This document shows positions 10,769-23,669 of a stretch of DNA of 64,000 nucleotides, piece after piece. This DNA is from an uncultured Gemmatimonadales bacterium. GTDB taxonomy: Bacteria; Gemmatimonadota; Gemmatimonadetes; Gemmatimonadales; GWC2-71-9. Position 1 is the first letter of the stretch; each line of letters begins with the position of its first letter. The DNA is taken from positions 672,001 to 736,000 of the forward strand of contig CAVSQW010000015.1 of assembly GCA_963730185.1 (NCBI GenBank). Direction: 5' to 3'. A model generated the notes under the pieces. It ran no database searches. It had not been told where the DNA came from and worked only from the letters and a program-made list of their open reading frames with translations. The translations under genes and the position numbers were made by a program.

Positions 10769-12319
10769 GTGCCCCGGAACGCCATCCTCATTCTCGACTA
10801 CGGCTCGCAATTCACCCAGCTCATCGCCCGGCGGGTCCGGGAAGCCCACGTGTACTGCGAAATCCATCCGCCGACCCGCTCGGTCGCCTGGATCAAGGAC
10901 TGGGACCCGAAGGGCATCATTCTCTCCGGCGGACCGAACTCGGTCTACGAAGCGGGAGCCCCGACCGCGGAGGCCGCCCTCTTCGAGCTGGGCCCGCCGG
11001 TTCTCGGCCTTTGTTACGGGATGCAGGTCATGGCGCGCGCCCTCGGCGGCGACGTGGTGGCCGCCGGGCGACGGGAGTATGGCCGGGCCCAGGCCAAGGT
11101 CGAGGGCGGCCGGCTCTTCTCGAGCTTCTCGCCCGGTGAAGTCACGACCGTCTGGATGAGCCACGGTGACCACCTCGCGACCCTGCCGCCGGGGTTCAAG
11201 CTGACCGCTTCGAGCGACAACTCCCCGGTCGCCGGGATGGAGCACCTGACCCGGCCGCTCCACGCGGTGCAGTTCCACCCCGAGGTCGCCCACACCGCCC
11301 GGGGCGGGGAGATCATCAACGCCTTCCTGTTCGACGTCTGCCGGTGCGAGCCCGACTGGACCTCGGCCCATTTCGTCGAGACCGAGGTCGATCGGATCCG
11401 GGAGAGCGTGGGGCCGACCGCCCGAGTCATCTGCGGACTCTCGGGAGGCGTGGATTCGTCGGTCGCGGCCGCGCTGGTCCACCGAGCGGTGGGCGACCGG
11501 CTGACCTGCATCTTCGTGGATCACGGGTTGCTCCGGCTCCACGAGCGCGACCAGGTGGAGCAGACCTTCCGCCGGCACCTCGGCATCGATCTCCGGGTGG
11601 TGGACGCGAGCGAGCGCTTCCTCACGGACCTGGCCGGAGTGACCGACCCCGAGGTCAAGCGGAAGAAGATCGGCCATGCCTTCATCGAGGTGTTCGAGGC
11701 CACCGCCGCCGAGGTCGGCGACGGGGTGGAGTGGCTGGTGCAGGGGACCCTCTATCCCGACGTGATCGAGTCGGTCTCGCCCCGGGGTGGTCCGTCAGTC
11801 ACCATCAAGACCCACCACAACGTGGGCGGCCTGCCGGAGCGGCTCCCCTTCAAGCTGCTCGAGCCGCTCCGCGAGCTCTTCAAGGACGAGGTCCGGGCCG
11901 TCGGCCGTGATCTCGGGCTGCCCGAAGAGATCGTCGGCCGGCATCCGTTCCCCGGCCCCGGTCTGGCGATCCGGATCCTGGGCGACGTGACCCGCGAGTC
12001 GCTGGAGCTGCTTCGCCAGGCCGACGCGATCTATCTCGACGAGATCCGATCGGCCGGGCTCTACGACGACATCTGGCAGGCGTTCGCGGTGCTGCTCCCG
12101 ATCCGCTCGGTCGGCGTCCAGGGCGACTTCCGGACCTACGACCAGGTCATCGGACTTCGGGCCGTGACCAGCCGCGACGGGATGACCGCCGACTGGTTCC
12201 CGTTCCCCCCCGAGGTGCTGGCGGTGATGTCGAATCGGATCGCGAACGAGGTCCGGGGCGTGAATCGGGTGGTCTACGACGTGAGCTCCAAGCCGCCCGC
12301 CACCATCGAGTGGGAATAG
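10769..12319 (+). CDS. guaA: GMP synthase (glutamine-hydrolysing)
   Basis: [49 protein letters not shown]. Confidence 0.97.
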   Translation: MPRNAILILDYGSQFTQLIARRVREAHVYCEIHPPTRSVAWIKDWDPKGIILSGGPNSVYEAGAPTAEAALFELGPPVLGLCYGMQVMARALGGDVVAAGRREYGRAQAKVEGGRLFSSFSPGEVTTVWMSHGDHLATLPPGFKLTASSDNSPVAGMEHLTRPLHAVQFHPEVAHTARGGEIINAFLFDVCRCEPDWTSAHFVETEVDRIRESVGPTARVICGLSGGVDSSVAAALVHRAVGDRLTCIFVDHGLLRLHERDQVEQTFRRHLGIDLRVVDASERFLTDLAGVTDPEVKRKKIGHAFIEVFEATAAEVGDGVEWLVQGTLYPDVIESVSPRGGPSVTIKTHHNVGGLPERLPFKLLEPLRELFKDEVRAVGRDLGLPEEIVGRHPFPGPGLAIRILGDVTRESLELLRQADAIYLDEIRSAGLYDDIWQAFAVLLPIRSVGVQGDFRTYDQVIGLRAVTSRDGMTADWFPFPPEVLAVMSNRIANEVRGVNRVVYDVSSKPPATIEWE

Positions 12320-12331
12320 TCCGAGGCGGGC

Positions 12332-12784
12332 TCAGACACCCTTTTCGCTCAGCAGCTGGAAAAGCTCCTCGGCCGAGGTGATCCGGCGGAGCCGCTCGGG
12401 CACGTCGGGCTCCCGGGCGAACTGCGCGATCCGGCCGAGGAGCGGCAGGTACTGGTTGGAGACTTCGACCGGCGGGGCCACGATCAGAAAGATCGCGTGC
12501 ACGGCGCGCTGGTCGACGGCCTGAAAGTCGAGGCCCGCCTCGTGGTTGCCGAAGGCCAGCCGGAGCCGGCTGACCGCCAGGGTGCGGCCGTGGGGAATGG
12601 CGATCCCGCGCCCGACCCCGGTCGACCCCAGTTGTTCCCGGCGTCGCAGGATCCGGCCGATCGTCGCCGAGGCCCGTTCGTCCAGGCCCAACAGGTCCAC
12701 CATCTCGTCGAGCGCCGCGTCTTTGCTCTCGGCGGCGAGCGAAACCCGTACGGCGGACGGGTTGAGGAAGTCTTGGATCCGCAT
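12332..12784 (-). CDS. PTS EIIA component (PtsN/fructose-mannitol IIA family)
   Basis: RREQLGSTGVGRGIAIPH phospho-His motif; stand-alone 150 aa. Confidence 0.88.
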   Translation of the reverse strand: MRIQDFLNPSAVRVSLAAESKDAALDEMVDLLGLDERASATIGRILRRREQLGSTGVGRGIAIPHGRTLAVSRLRLAFGNHEAGLDFQAVDQRAVHAIFLIVAPPVEVSNQYLPLLGRIAQFAREPDVPERLRRITSAEELFQLLSEKGV

Positions 12785-12793
12785 GGCGCGGGA

Positions 12794-12822
12794 AGTCTAC
12801 CCTTCGGTCCAGAGCCTGTCAA
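12794..12822 (-). promoter_or_regulatory. Sigma70-type promoter of the EIIA gene
   Basis: TTGACA - 17 nt - TAGACT on minus strand, 9 nt before ATG. Confidence 0.75.
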
Positions 12823-12845
12823 AACTCGAAGCCGAGGGCCGAGGT

Positions 12846-12874
12846 TTGCCCCACCGTCTGGCTCCAAGTAGTTT
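12846..12874 (+). promoter_or_regulatory. Sigma70-type promoter of dusB (likely leaderless)
   Basis: TTGCCC - 17 nt - TAGTTT, 6 nt before ATG 12881; no SD. Confidence 0.6.
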
Positions 12875-12880
12875 TTCCCC

Positions 12881-13864
12881 ATGCGGTTACCCTACGCTCC
12901 CGCGGTCGAAACCCCGCTCATTCTGGCCCCAATGGCCGGGGTGTCCGAGGCCCCGTTCCGGCAGATCTGCCGGAGCCTCGGCGCCGACGTGGTGATGAGC
13001 GAGTTCCTGGCCGCGGAGGCCATCCGCCGGGGGATCCGAAAGACCCTCGAGGACTGCGAGTTCGAGCCCCACGAGCGGCCGATCGGGATCCAGATTTACG
13101 GCGCCGACGCCGAGGCGATGGCGCGAGCGGCGGCGATCGTAACCGAGGTGTACCAGCCCGACTTCATCGACATCAACTTCGGGTGCCCGGTCAAGAAGGT
13201 GGTGCGCAGGAACGGTGGCTCGGGCTGTCTGCGGGACCTGGAGCTGGTCGATCGGATCATCCGCCAGGTGGTCGCCTCGACCCATCTTCCGGTCACGGTC
13301 AAGACCCGGAGCGGCTGGAGCGAGGACACCCGTCACCCGGTGGAGATCGCGCTCCGGATGCAGGACGCCGGCGCCCGCGCCTTCACTCTCCACGCCCGGA
13401 CCCGGACCCAGATGTTCGCGGGGAAGGCCGACTGGGACGAGATCGCCCGCGTGGTGGAGGCGCTCGACATCCCGGTGATCGGCAACGGCGACGTGACCAG
13501 CGGGGCCGACGTCCTGGCCATGAAGCACCATACCCGCTGCGCGGCCATCATGGTCGGGCGAGGCTCGTTCGGGAACCCGTGGCTCTTCCGCGACGGGCGG
13601 GCCCTGCTGGCCGGCGACGAGGCCCCGCCGGCGCCCGACGCCGCGATCCGGTTTGGGACGGCGATGGAACATGCCCGACTGGCCCTCGCCCTCCAGGGCG
13701 ACAGCCGAAGGACCGTGATCGAGTTCCGAAAGCACCTGGGCTGGTACACCAAGGGCCTGCCGGGATCGTCGGCCCTTCGGGAGCGCCTCTTCCAGGTGGA
13801 GACCATGGCCGAGGCGGCCGCCATCTTCCAGACCTATCTCGACGGGATGGCCGTGGCAGCGTGA
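12881..13864 (+). CDS. dusB: tRNA-dihydrouridine synthase DusB
   Basis: LAPMAGV, IDINFGCP, VTVKTRSGW, HART, NGDV, MVGRG, RKHLGWY. Confidence 0.93.
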   Translation: MRLPYAPAVETPLILAPMAGVSEAPFRQICRSLGADVVMSEFLAAEAIRRGIRKTLEDCEFEPHERPIGIQIYGADAEAMARAAAIVTEVYQPDFIDINFGCPVKKVVRRNGGSGCLRDLELVDRIIRQVVASTHLPVTVKTRSGWSEDTRHPVEIALRMQDAGARAFTLHARTRTQMFAGKADWDEIARVVEALDIPVIGNGDVTSGADVLAMKHHTRCAAIMVGRGSFGNPWLFRDGRALLAGDEAPPAPDAAIRFGTAMEHARLALALQGDSRRTVIEFRKHLGWYTKGLPGSSALRERLFQVETMAEAAAIFQTYLDGMAVAA

Positions 13865-14631
13865 CCGGCTATCTCGAGGATCTGCTGGGCGAAGTGGCCC
13901 GGGGCGAGCGGACCATCGCCGAGGCGCTCGAGCGGCTTCGCACCTTTCCCACCGAAGACATCGGGCACGCGCGGCTCGACCACCACCGCGCCCTCCGGCG
14001 CGGGCATCCGGAATTCGTCTTCGCGAGCCACAAGACGGTCGAGCAGGTGGTGACGATCTGCGAGCGGCTGGCGGTGGCGCACGGACGGTTCCTCGCCACC
14101 CGGGTCACCCCTGAGCAGGGCGACGCCCTCGCCGGGCGGTTTCCCGAAGCCCGCTGGAACCGGCTCGCCCGGACCGTGGCCTTGGGCGGGACGTTCCGCA
14201 AGGCCCTGCTGGGAACGGTGGCGGTAGTCTCGGCGGGGACCAGCGATCTGCCGGTGGCCGAGGAGGCCGTGGCGGTGCTGGAAGCGTTGAGCGTCCGGGC
14301 GGTCCGGGTGGTGGACGTCGGCGTCTCCGGGCTCCACCGGGTGCTGGCCGCCCGACCTGAGCTCGACCAGGCCGACGTGCTGATCGTCGCCGCCGGGATG
14401 GAGGGCGCTTTGCCCAGCGTGGTCGGCGGACTCGTGAAAGGGCCGGTCATCGCGGTCCCGACCAGCGTCGGCTACGGGGCCTCGTTCGGCGGCCTGGCGG
14501 CGCTCCTCGCGATGCTCAACTCCTGCGCCGATGGGGTCACGGTGGTGAACATCGACAACGGGTTCGGAGCCGCGATGGCCGCCGTCCGGATCCTGGAGTC
14601 CAGACCCTCGGCGGCCGATACTGACGGGTAA
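13861..14631 (+). CDS. larB: LarB/CpmA-family AIR-carboxylase-like protein (nickel-pincer cofactor carboxylase family)
   Basis: ARLDHHR, AGTSDLPVAEEA, GMEGALPSVVGGL, VPTSVGYG, VVNIDNGFGAA; GTG 13861 overlaps dusB stop. Confidence 0.88.
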   Translation: MTGYLEDLLGEVARGERTIAEALERLRTFPTEDIGHARLDHHRALRRGHPEFVFASHKTVEQVVTICERLAVAHGRFLATRVTPEQGDALAGRFPEARWNRLARTVALGGTFRKALLGTVAVVSAGTSDLPVAEEAVAVLEALSVRAVRVVDVGVSGLHRVLAARPELDQADVLIVAAGMEGALPSVVGGLVKGPVIAVPTSVGYGASFGGLAALLAMLNSCADGVTVVNIDNGFGAAMAAVRILESRPSAADTDG

Positions 14632-14650
14632 GCGGGGAGACCCGGATCGA

Positions 14651-14680
14651 TTGACTTCGGCTCCTCTTCGGGATTAGCTT
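14651..14680 (+). promoter_or_regulatory. Sigma70-type promoter of ssrA
   Basis: TTGACT - 18 nt - TAGCTT, 20 nt upstream of the mature tmRNA 5' end. Confidence 0.65.
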
Positions 14681-14700
14681 TCGGACGACTCAAACTACCC

Positions 14701-15059
14701 GGGGGCGACTGGCTTCGACGGGTCAGGAGAAGGTCGAGACGCGTGCCCAGGCCCAAGTCCTGGTAAAAACTTGGAAAACTCAATTGCCAACTCAAACTTG
14801 GCGCTGGCTGCGTAAGCTGAGCTAGTCTCGCTTCACGCACCTTCGGTGAAGGCAGCCTGTCTGGGGCGGTCCCGCCGAATAGGAAAATCCAGGCTGGCTG
14901 GCGACGCGACCTCTGGCGTCGTTGGTGAGATCTCTTGAGGTGAAGGTCGGGCAGGCTGGCTGCTTGCCGGCTCGACCGTAAGGCAGGAAGAGCAGCCTAC
15001 GCACGTAGTGGCTCTGCTGGAAGCTGATTCGGACCAGGGTTCGATTCCCTGCGCCTCCA
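14701..15059 (+). ncRNA. ssrA: tmRNA, tag peptide (A)ANSNLALAA
   Basis: 5' GGGGGCG pairs with 3' CGCCTCC-A including the G3-U alanine determinant; T-arm CAGGG-TTCGATT-CCCTG; tag ORF 14786-14815 ending LALAA-TAA; 359 nt. Confidence 0.96.
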
Positions 15060-15064
15060 TCGAC

Positions 15065-15108
15065 ACGATCGGCCGGCTTGCTCGCGCAAGTCGGCCGATC
15101 GTCGTTTC
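15065..15108 (+). terminator. Hairpin terminator after ssrA (possibly shared with convergent purE)
   Basis: 17-bp stem ACGATCGGCCGGCTTGC / GCAAGTCGGCCGATCGT (one G-U), 4-nt loop, short T run. Confidence 0.65.
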
Positions 15109-15232
15109 GATTGGTCTATCTCCGATCGTGACATTTACCACATCGACTTCAGGCTTCGTCGATCAGATCGATCACAATCGGTTGCTTTAAAACGACTTGT
15201 GGTTGGTAGCCTCCTGGGCCATCCAGGCTCTG

Positions 15233-15727
15233 TCAGGCCGGCGGAAGGACCGTCCCCCGGATCTTCTCTTCCTGCGCCTTCCGGAAGTCGGTGAGCTTGG
15301 CCGCCAGCGCCTGGTCGCTCCTGGCCAGCAGCGCCACGGCGAACAGGGCGGCGTTGCTGGCGCCGGCGTTACCGATCGCGAAGGTGGCGACCGGGATGCC
15401 GGACGGCATCTGGACGGTCGAGAGCAGCGAGTCCATCCCGCCCAGGTGCTTGCTCGGCATCGGGACGCCCAGCACCGGCAAGGTGGTCCCTGCGGCCATG
15501 ACCCCGGCCAGGTGAGCGGCCCCGCCGGCCGCGGCGATCAGGCAGGCCATGCCTCGACCGGCGGCGCTGGTGGCGTACTCGTGAGCCAGGGCGGGAGACC
15601 GGTGGGCCGAGATGACCCGGGCCTCGAACGGCACCCCGAACTCCTCGAGCCGTTTGGCGGCGTTCTGCATGGTCTCCCAGTCGGAGGTGGAACCCATGAC
15701 GATTCCGACGAGCGGCGACGTGGACAT
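15233..15727 (-). CDS. purE: N5-carboxyaminoimidazole ribonucleotide mutase PurE
   Basis: VGIVMGSTSDW, SAHRSP, AGGAAHL, DSLLSTVQMPSGIPVAT. Confidence 0.95.
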   Translation of the reverse strand: MSTSPLVGIVMGSTSDWETMQNAAKRLEEFGVPFEARVISAHRSPALAHEYATSAAGRGMACLIAAAGGAAHLAGVMAAGTTLPVLGVPMPSKHLGGMDSLLSTVQMPSGIPVATFAIGNAGASNAALFAVALLARSDQALAAKLTDFRKAQEEKIRGTVLPPA

Positions 15728-15840
15728 CGGCAATCCGTTTCAGCGTTTCCGAGGGTGAATGGGTGCCCGGGCGGCGCCCGGGCGGTGGCGGGCGTAAAGT
15801 GAAACGACCGCGGGCCCCGGGCAAGCCGGGCCGGCGGGCG

Positions 15841-18508
15841 TCAGACGGTTGCCCGGGTCCGGTCCATCGTCCCGCGCTCGGCGAGGGCGGCCTGGGCGGC
15901 GGCCAGTCGGGCGATCGGCACCCGAAACGGCGAGCAGGAGACGTAGTTCATCTTCAGCGACTCGCAGAAGGCCACGGCGCCCGGCTCACCGCCGTGCTCA
16001 CCGCAGATCCCGACCTTGAGGTCCTGGCGAGTTCTCCGCCCAGCTCGACGCGCCATCGTGATCGAGCTTGCCGACCCCCTCGATGTCCAGCTGCTGGAAG
16101 GGATCGAACTGGATCACGTTCTCCTGGAGGTAGTAGGGAAGGAAAGAGCCGGCATCGTCGCGGGAGAGGCCCCAGGTCGTCTGGGTCAGGTCGTTGGTCC
16201 CGAACGAGAAGAACTGCGCCTCGGCGGCGATCTCGTCGGCCGTCAGGGCGGCCCGCGGGAGCTCGATCATCGTGCCCAGGAGGTAGGGTCACGGTGATCT
16301 GGCGCTCCCGGAACACCTCCTCGGCGATCTGCCGGACGATCAAGGCCTGCTTCCGGTACTCCACCACGTGGGCCACGAGCGGGATCATCACTTCGGGCTG
16401 GACCCGCCCCCGGCGCGAGGCCACGGTGCAGGCGGCCTCGAAGATGGCCCGCACCTGCATCGCGGTGATTTCGGGGTGGACCAGCCCGAGCCGGCAGCCG
16501 CGGAGGCCGAGCATCGGGTTCACCTCGGAGAGGCTCTCGACCCGGCGTCGGACATCCTTGACGGACATCCCCATCTGGCTGGCGAGGGCCTCGATCTCGT
16601 CCGGCTCCTTGGGCAGGAACTCGTGAAGCGGCGGGTCGAGGAGCCGGATGGTGACCGGGAAGCCCTCCATCGCCCGGAAGATTCCCTCGAAGTCGGCGCG
16701 CTGCATGGGGAGCAGCCGGGCCAGCGCCTTCTTCCGGCCCTCCTCGTCGGCCGCGAGGATCATCTCTCGCATGGCGGTGATCCGTTCGCCCTCGAAGAAC
16801 ATGTGCTCGGTCCGGCAGAGCCCGATGCCCTCGGCGCCGAAGTCGCGGCCCCGGTGGGCGTCGGCCGGGGTGTCGGCGTTGACCCGGACCCGGAGATGGC
16901 GCATCCGGTCGGCCCACGTCATCAACCGGTTGAACTCGTCGCTCAGGCTGGGCACCACCAGCCGGGCCTGCCCGGCGAACACCTTGCCGGTGCTTCCGTC
17001 GACCGTGATCCACTCCCCGCCGGAGACGACCCGGCCGTTGACCCGGAACTGCTGGCTCGACTCGTCGACCTGGATCTCCTGAGCGCCGGCCACGCAGGGC
17101 TTGCCCATCCCTCGGGCGACCACCGCGGCATGCGAGGTCATCCCGCCCCGCGCCGTCAGGATCGCCTTGGCGGCGACCATCCCGTGGAAGTCTTCCGGGC
17201 TGGTTTCACGGCGGACCAGGATCACGGGGTTGCCCTTGCGGCCCAGCTCCTCGGCGAGGTCGGCGTCGAAGACCGCCGTCCCGCTGGCCGCGCCGGGCGA
17301 GGCCGGGAGGCCCGTGGTCAGGAGGTCGAGCTCGGCGCTCGGATCGATGGTGGGGTGGAGCAGCTGGTCCAGGTCGTTCGGCGGGATCCGGGCGACCGCC
17401 TCTTCCTCGCTGATGACCCCTTCCTCCACCATCTCGACCGCGATCCGAACGGCCGCCTGGCCCGAGCGCTGGGCCCGGCGGGTCTGGAGCATGAAGAGCT
17501 TGCCCCGCTCGATCGTGAACTCCATGTCCTGGACGTCGCGGAAGTGGCGCTCCAGCGTCCGGCGGACCCGATCCAACTCGGCGTAGACCTGGGGCATCGC
17601 GTCGTCGAGGGTGGCGATCGGCTGCGGGGTTCGGACCCCCGACACCACGTCTTCGCCCTGGGCGTTGAGCAGGTACTCGCCGTAGAGCGCCTTCTCGCCG
17701 GTGGAGGGATCGCGAGTGAACGCCACGCCCGTGCCCGAGTCCTCGCCCATGTTGCCGAAGACCATGGCGACCACGTTGACCGCCGTGCCGAGGGTGTCGG
17801 GGATGTCGTGGAGCTTGCGGTAGTCGATCGCGCGGCGGGTGTTCCAGCTGGCGAAGACGGCGGCGATCGCCCCCCAGAGTTGATCAATCGGCTCCTCCGG
17901 GAAGGGCTGTCCGGTGTGGTCGACGATGATCGCCTTGAAATCCTTCACCAGCGCCTGGAACTCGTCGACCGGCAGGTCGATGTCCCGGGCGACGCCGGCG
18001 CCTTCTTCCGCGCGTCCAGCCGCTCCTCGAATTTGCGCTTGGGGACGTCGAAGACCACGCCGCCGTACATCTGCACGAACCGCCGGTACGAGTCCCAGGC
18101 GAACGCGGGATTGCCGCTCAGCCGCTCCAGCCCGGCCACGGTGGTGTCGTTGAGCCCCAGGTTGAGGATCGTCTCCATCATGCCGGGCATCGAGAGCGCG
18201 GCGCCCGAGCGGACCGATACGAGGAGCGGGTTGTCGGCGCCGCCAAACTGCTTTTCGGTCGCGGTCTCGAGGCGCTGGAGCGCGCTCTCCACCTGGGGCC
18301 GGAGCCGGGGCGGGAAGTGCTGCATCTCGAGATAGGTGGGGCAGACGGTGGCGGCGATCGTGAAGCCGGGCGGCACCGGGATCCCGAGGTTGGTCATCTC
18401 GGCCAGGCCGGCGCCCTTGCCGCCGAGCACTTCCTTCATGGTCGCGGTCCCGTCGGCGCGCCCCTGTCCGAAGAAGTACACGAGGGGCTGAGTCAGGCTG
18501 TCGGTCAT
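15841..18508 (-). pseudogene. ppdK: Pyruvate, phosphate dikinase, frameshifted in this sequence (probably sequence error)
   Basis: [65 protein letters not shown] all present but spread over four ORFs; breaks near 17999, 16288 and 16038-16064. Confidence 0.9.
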
Positions 18509-18634
18509 GACGGCTCCACGGCGTGAGGCAACGAAACGGTGCGAGGTCGGGCGGCCTCGCCCCGACCTCGGATTCGAGATGAAGCTGCAACGGGCCCTGC
18601 CCAAGTCAAGGCAGGACGCGGATGGCCGAAGCGT

Positions 18635-20032
18635 CTAGTCAGCCGCGTCGGCGACCGGCGCCAGGTGCCGGCTCCGGAGCGTGTCGTCGTCGATGGGGAT
18701 GGGATAGTGCCCCGAAAAACACGCGTGGCAATAACTGTTCCGCGTCCCGCCCGCCTGGAGGAGTCCGTCCAGCGACAGGTACCCCAGGGTATCGACGCCG
18801 AGGAAGTCGCGGATCTCGTCGAGCGAGTGGGTGGCCGCGATCAGTTCCTCGCGGGTCGGGGTGTCGATGCCGTACTGACAGGGGCCGGTGATCGGCGGCG
18901 AGCCGAGACGGAGGTGCACCTTGCGGGCGCCGGCGGCCCGGATCATCTGCACCAGGCCTTTGCTGGTGGTGCCGCGGACCAGACTGTCGTCCACCACCAC
19001 CACCGACCGGCCGGCGATGACGTCGCGCACCGGGTTGAACTTGATCCGGACCTTGGCCACCCGAAGCGCCTGGGTGGGGTTGATGAAGGTGCGGCCGACG
19101 TAATGGTTCCGAATCAATCCGTGCTCGAGCTTGAGGCCCGATTCGTCGGCGTAGCCCAACGCCATCATGTTGGAGCTGTCGGGGACGCTGAACACCACGT
19201 TGCCGTCTTCGGCGGGATGCTCCCGGGCCAGCTGCCGTCCGATCGCGCGGCGGACGTGGTCTACGGACTCGCCGAACACGGTGCTATCAGGGCGGGCGAA
19301 GTAGACCAGCTCGAAGATGCAGCGGTGGGCGACGGGCACCCGGGGCAGCGGCGCCAGGTCGTGGATGGTGCCGTCGACGATCTCGACCACGTCGCCGGGA
19401 TCGAGCTCGCGGACCACCGTGGCGCCCATCAGGTCGAGGGCGCAGGTCTCGGACGCCGCCACGATGCCGCTCCCCAACCGGCCTAGAAACAGGGGGCGGA
19501 AGCCGTGCGGGTCGACGATGCAGAAGATCGAGCGGCCGGCCGCGATCACCAGGCTATAGGCCCCTTCCACCTGGCTCAACGCGTCCCGAATCTGGGCCTC
19601 GGGCGTCTCTTCCCGCGAGCGCGCGATCAGATGGACGATCACCTCGGAATCGGACGACGACTGGAAGATGGCGCCCTCGGCCACCAGCTCACGCTTGATC
19701 GTCGGCGCGTTGGTGAGGTTGCCGTTGTGGGCCAGCGCGAGCGGCCCGCCCCGGTAGTTGACCAGGGCCGGCTGGGCGTTGGCCAGGACCGAGGTGCCGG
19801 CGGTGGAGTAGCGGGTGTGGCCGACCGCCACGTCCCCGGGTAGGCCGCGAAGCTCCTGCTCCCGGAAGACGTCGCCCACCAGTCCCATCCCGCGGAAGGC
19901 GTGGGGAACGCCTTCCCGATCGACCGTCACGATCCCGGCGCTCTCTTGTCCCCGGTGCTGCAGGGCGTAGAGGCCGAGGTAGGCGATCCGGGAGGCGTCG
20001 GGAACGTTGGAGACGCCGATGATGCCGCACAT
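18635..20032 (-). CDS. purF: Amidophosphoribosyltransferase
   Basis: N-terminal MCG Ntn nucleophile, QHRGQESAG, GHTRYST, VDDSLVRGTT, Fe-S cysteines. Confidence 0.97.
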   Translation of the reverse strand: MCGIIGVSNVPDASRIAYLGLYALQHRGQESAGIVTVDREGVPHAFRGMGLVGDVFREQELRGLPGDVAVGHTRYSTAGTSVLANAQPALVNYRGGPLALAHNGNLTNAPTIKRELVAEGAIFQSSSDSEVIVHLIARSREETPEAQIRDALSQVEGAYSLVIAAGRSIFCIVDPHGFRPLFLGRLGSGIVAASETCALDLMGATVVRELDPGDVVEIVDGTIHDLAPLPRVPVAHRCIFELVYFARPDSTVFGESVDHVRRAIGRQLAREHPAEDGNVVFSVPDSSNMMALGYADESGLKLEHGLIRNHYVGRTFINPTQALRVAKVRIKFNPVRDVIAGRSVVVVDDSLVRGTTSKGLVQMIRAAGARKVHLRLGSPPITGPCQYGIDTPTREELIAATHSLDEIRDFLGVDTLGYLSLDGLLQAGGTRNSYCHACFSGHYPIPIDDDTLRSRHLAPVADAAD

Positions 20033-20044
20033 GATCGCCCTCCG

Positions 20045-22335
<2,291 letters not shown>

Positions 22336-22339
<4 letters not shown>

Positions 22340-22650
22340 TTCTTCGCGCTCGCGAACAGATCGCCGAACACCTTGCCGAAGAAGCCGGTGTCGCCGTGCT
22401 TGAGCAGCTGCTCGAGCTCACCGTCGTCCAGCCACACGCCCTTGCACTCCGGGCACCGGTCGATGTTGACGTGGTGGAGGAGGAAGGTCTCCAGGTCGGC
22501 CCCGCACTTGGGACACTTCATGAAGTGGCTCTTCCGCTCCGCCTCGACCACGGCCTGCTGCTGGGCCTCGCGACGCTTGGCGATCAGGTCGGCGTCGCGC
22601 TTGGCGAAGTACTCGTCTTCGTTCTGGCTGGGCTTGTCGATGGTCGACAT
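22336..22650 (-). CDS. zf-TFIIB-like double-CxxC zinc-ribbon protein
   Basis: EDEYF coiled N-terminus, MKCPKCG and [21 protein letters not shown] overlap with purL. Confidence 0.8.
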
Positions 22651-22713
22651 CTCAGGTGCAGCTCCGGTTCGGGTCGGACGGGCGTGGCCGGCAGACCGGC
22701 GTCGTGGATCGGG

Positions 22714-23421
22714 TCATCGGGTCGCGGTGAGCAGGGACTGTCCCCAGCGCACCAGTGAGCGGAACACGCCGGCGCCGGCGTCGCTGCCGAGGATCGGATC
22801 GGCGAGCCGCTCCGGATGGGGCATCATGCCCACCACGGTGCCGGTCGGGCTCGAGATCGAGGCGATGTCGTGCCGCGCCCCGTTGGGATTGGAGGGAACG
22901 TCGGGCATCCCCACCCCGACGTAGCGCATCACGACTCGGTTGGTGGACTCCAGCTCGGTCAGGGTCGCCTCGTCGGCCAGGTAGCGACCGTCGCCGTGGC
23001 CGATCGGGATCCGGATCACGGTGCCGGGCTCGAACTCGCTGGTGAACGGGGTGTCGGTCCGCTCGATCCGGACGTCCACCGGCCGGGACACGTACTTGAG
23101 CCCGGCGTTCCGGACCAGGGCGCCCGGAAGCAGCCCCGCCTCGCAGAGGATTTGGAAGCCGTTGCAGATCCCGAGCAGCGGCTTGCCGTCCGCGGCGTGC
23201 CGCTCGATGGCCGCCATGATCGGGCTGAACCGGGCGATCGCGCCGGTCCGGAGGTAGTCGCCGTAGCTGAAGCCGCCCGGCAGGATCACCGCGTCGGCGT
23301 CCTGGAGGTCGGCGTCGCGATGCCACACGTAGAACGCCGACCCGCCTTCGCGCTCGACCGCGCGCAACGCGTCGGGCTCGCAGTTGCTCCCGGGGAACCG
23401 GACCACCGCGACCCGGATCAT
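22714..23421 (-). CDS. purQ: FGAM synthase glutaminase subunit PurQ
   Basis: FPGSNC, PGGFSYGDYLR, GICNGFQ, MMPHPER. Confidence 0.96.
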   Translation of the reverse strand: MIRVAVVRFPGSNCEPDALRAVEREGGSAFYVWHRDADLQDADAVILPGGFSYGDYLRTGAIARFSPIMAAIERHAADGKPLLGICNGFQILCEAGLLPGALVRNAGLKYVSRPVDVRIERTDTPFTSEFEPGTVIRIPIGHGDGRYLADEATLTELESTNRVVMRYVGVGMPDVPSNPNGARHDIASISSPTGTVVGMMPHPERLADPILGSDAGAGVFRSLVRWGQSLLTATR

Positions 23422-23669
23422 GCCGCGTCCACCTCGATCTGGTAGTCCTCGATGACCGGGTTGGCGAGCAGCTTGTCGCACATCGCCCGGGCCCGCTCCC
23501 GAGCGGCCGAGGCGTCGGGTGCGTCGAGCTGGAAGTCGATCGCCTTGCCGACGTGCACGCTCGAGGCGCCGGCGAACCCGAGCGCGGTGAGGGCACCTTC
23601 GACGGCCTGGCCCTGGGGATCACGAAGGCCGGGGCGGGGCATGACCCGGATGTGGACTCGGAAGCTCAT
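23418..23669 (-). CDS. purS: FGAM synthase subunit PurS
   Basis: DPQGQAV and [14 protein letters not shown] motifs, 83 aa. Confidence 0.95.
   Translation of the reverse strand: MSFRVHIRVMPRPGLRDPQGQAVEGALTALGFAGASSVHVGKAIDFQLDAPDASAARERARAMCDKLLANPVIEDYQIEVDAA

Noticed and set aside
15060..15232. Genomic island or prophage at the ssrA 3' end
   Set aside because: No integrase and no duplicated ssrA 3' end seen; purE follows immediately
15734..15840. Purine or ZTP riboswitch upstream of purE
   Set aside because: No recognisable conserved aptamer core; only GC-rich stems and a possible TTGCCC-17-CACTTT promoter
15841..18508. Programmed ribosomal frameshifting in ppdK
   Set aside because: Several indels of both signs, no slippery heptamers; error or decay is more parsimonious
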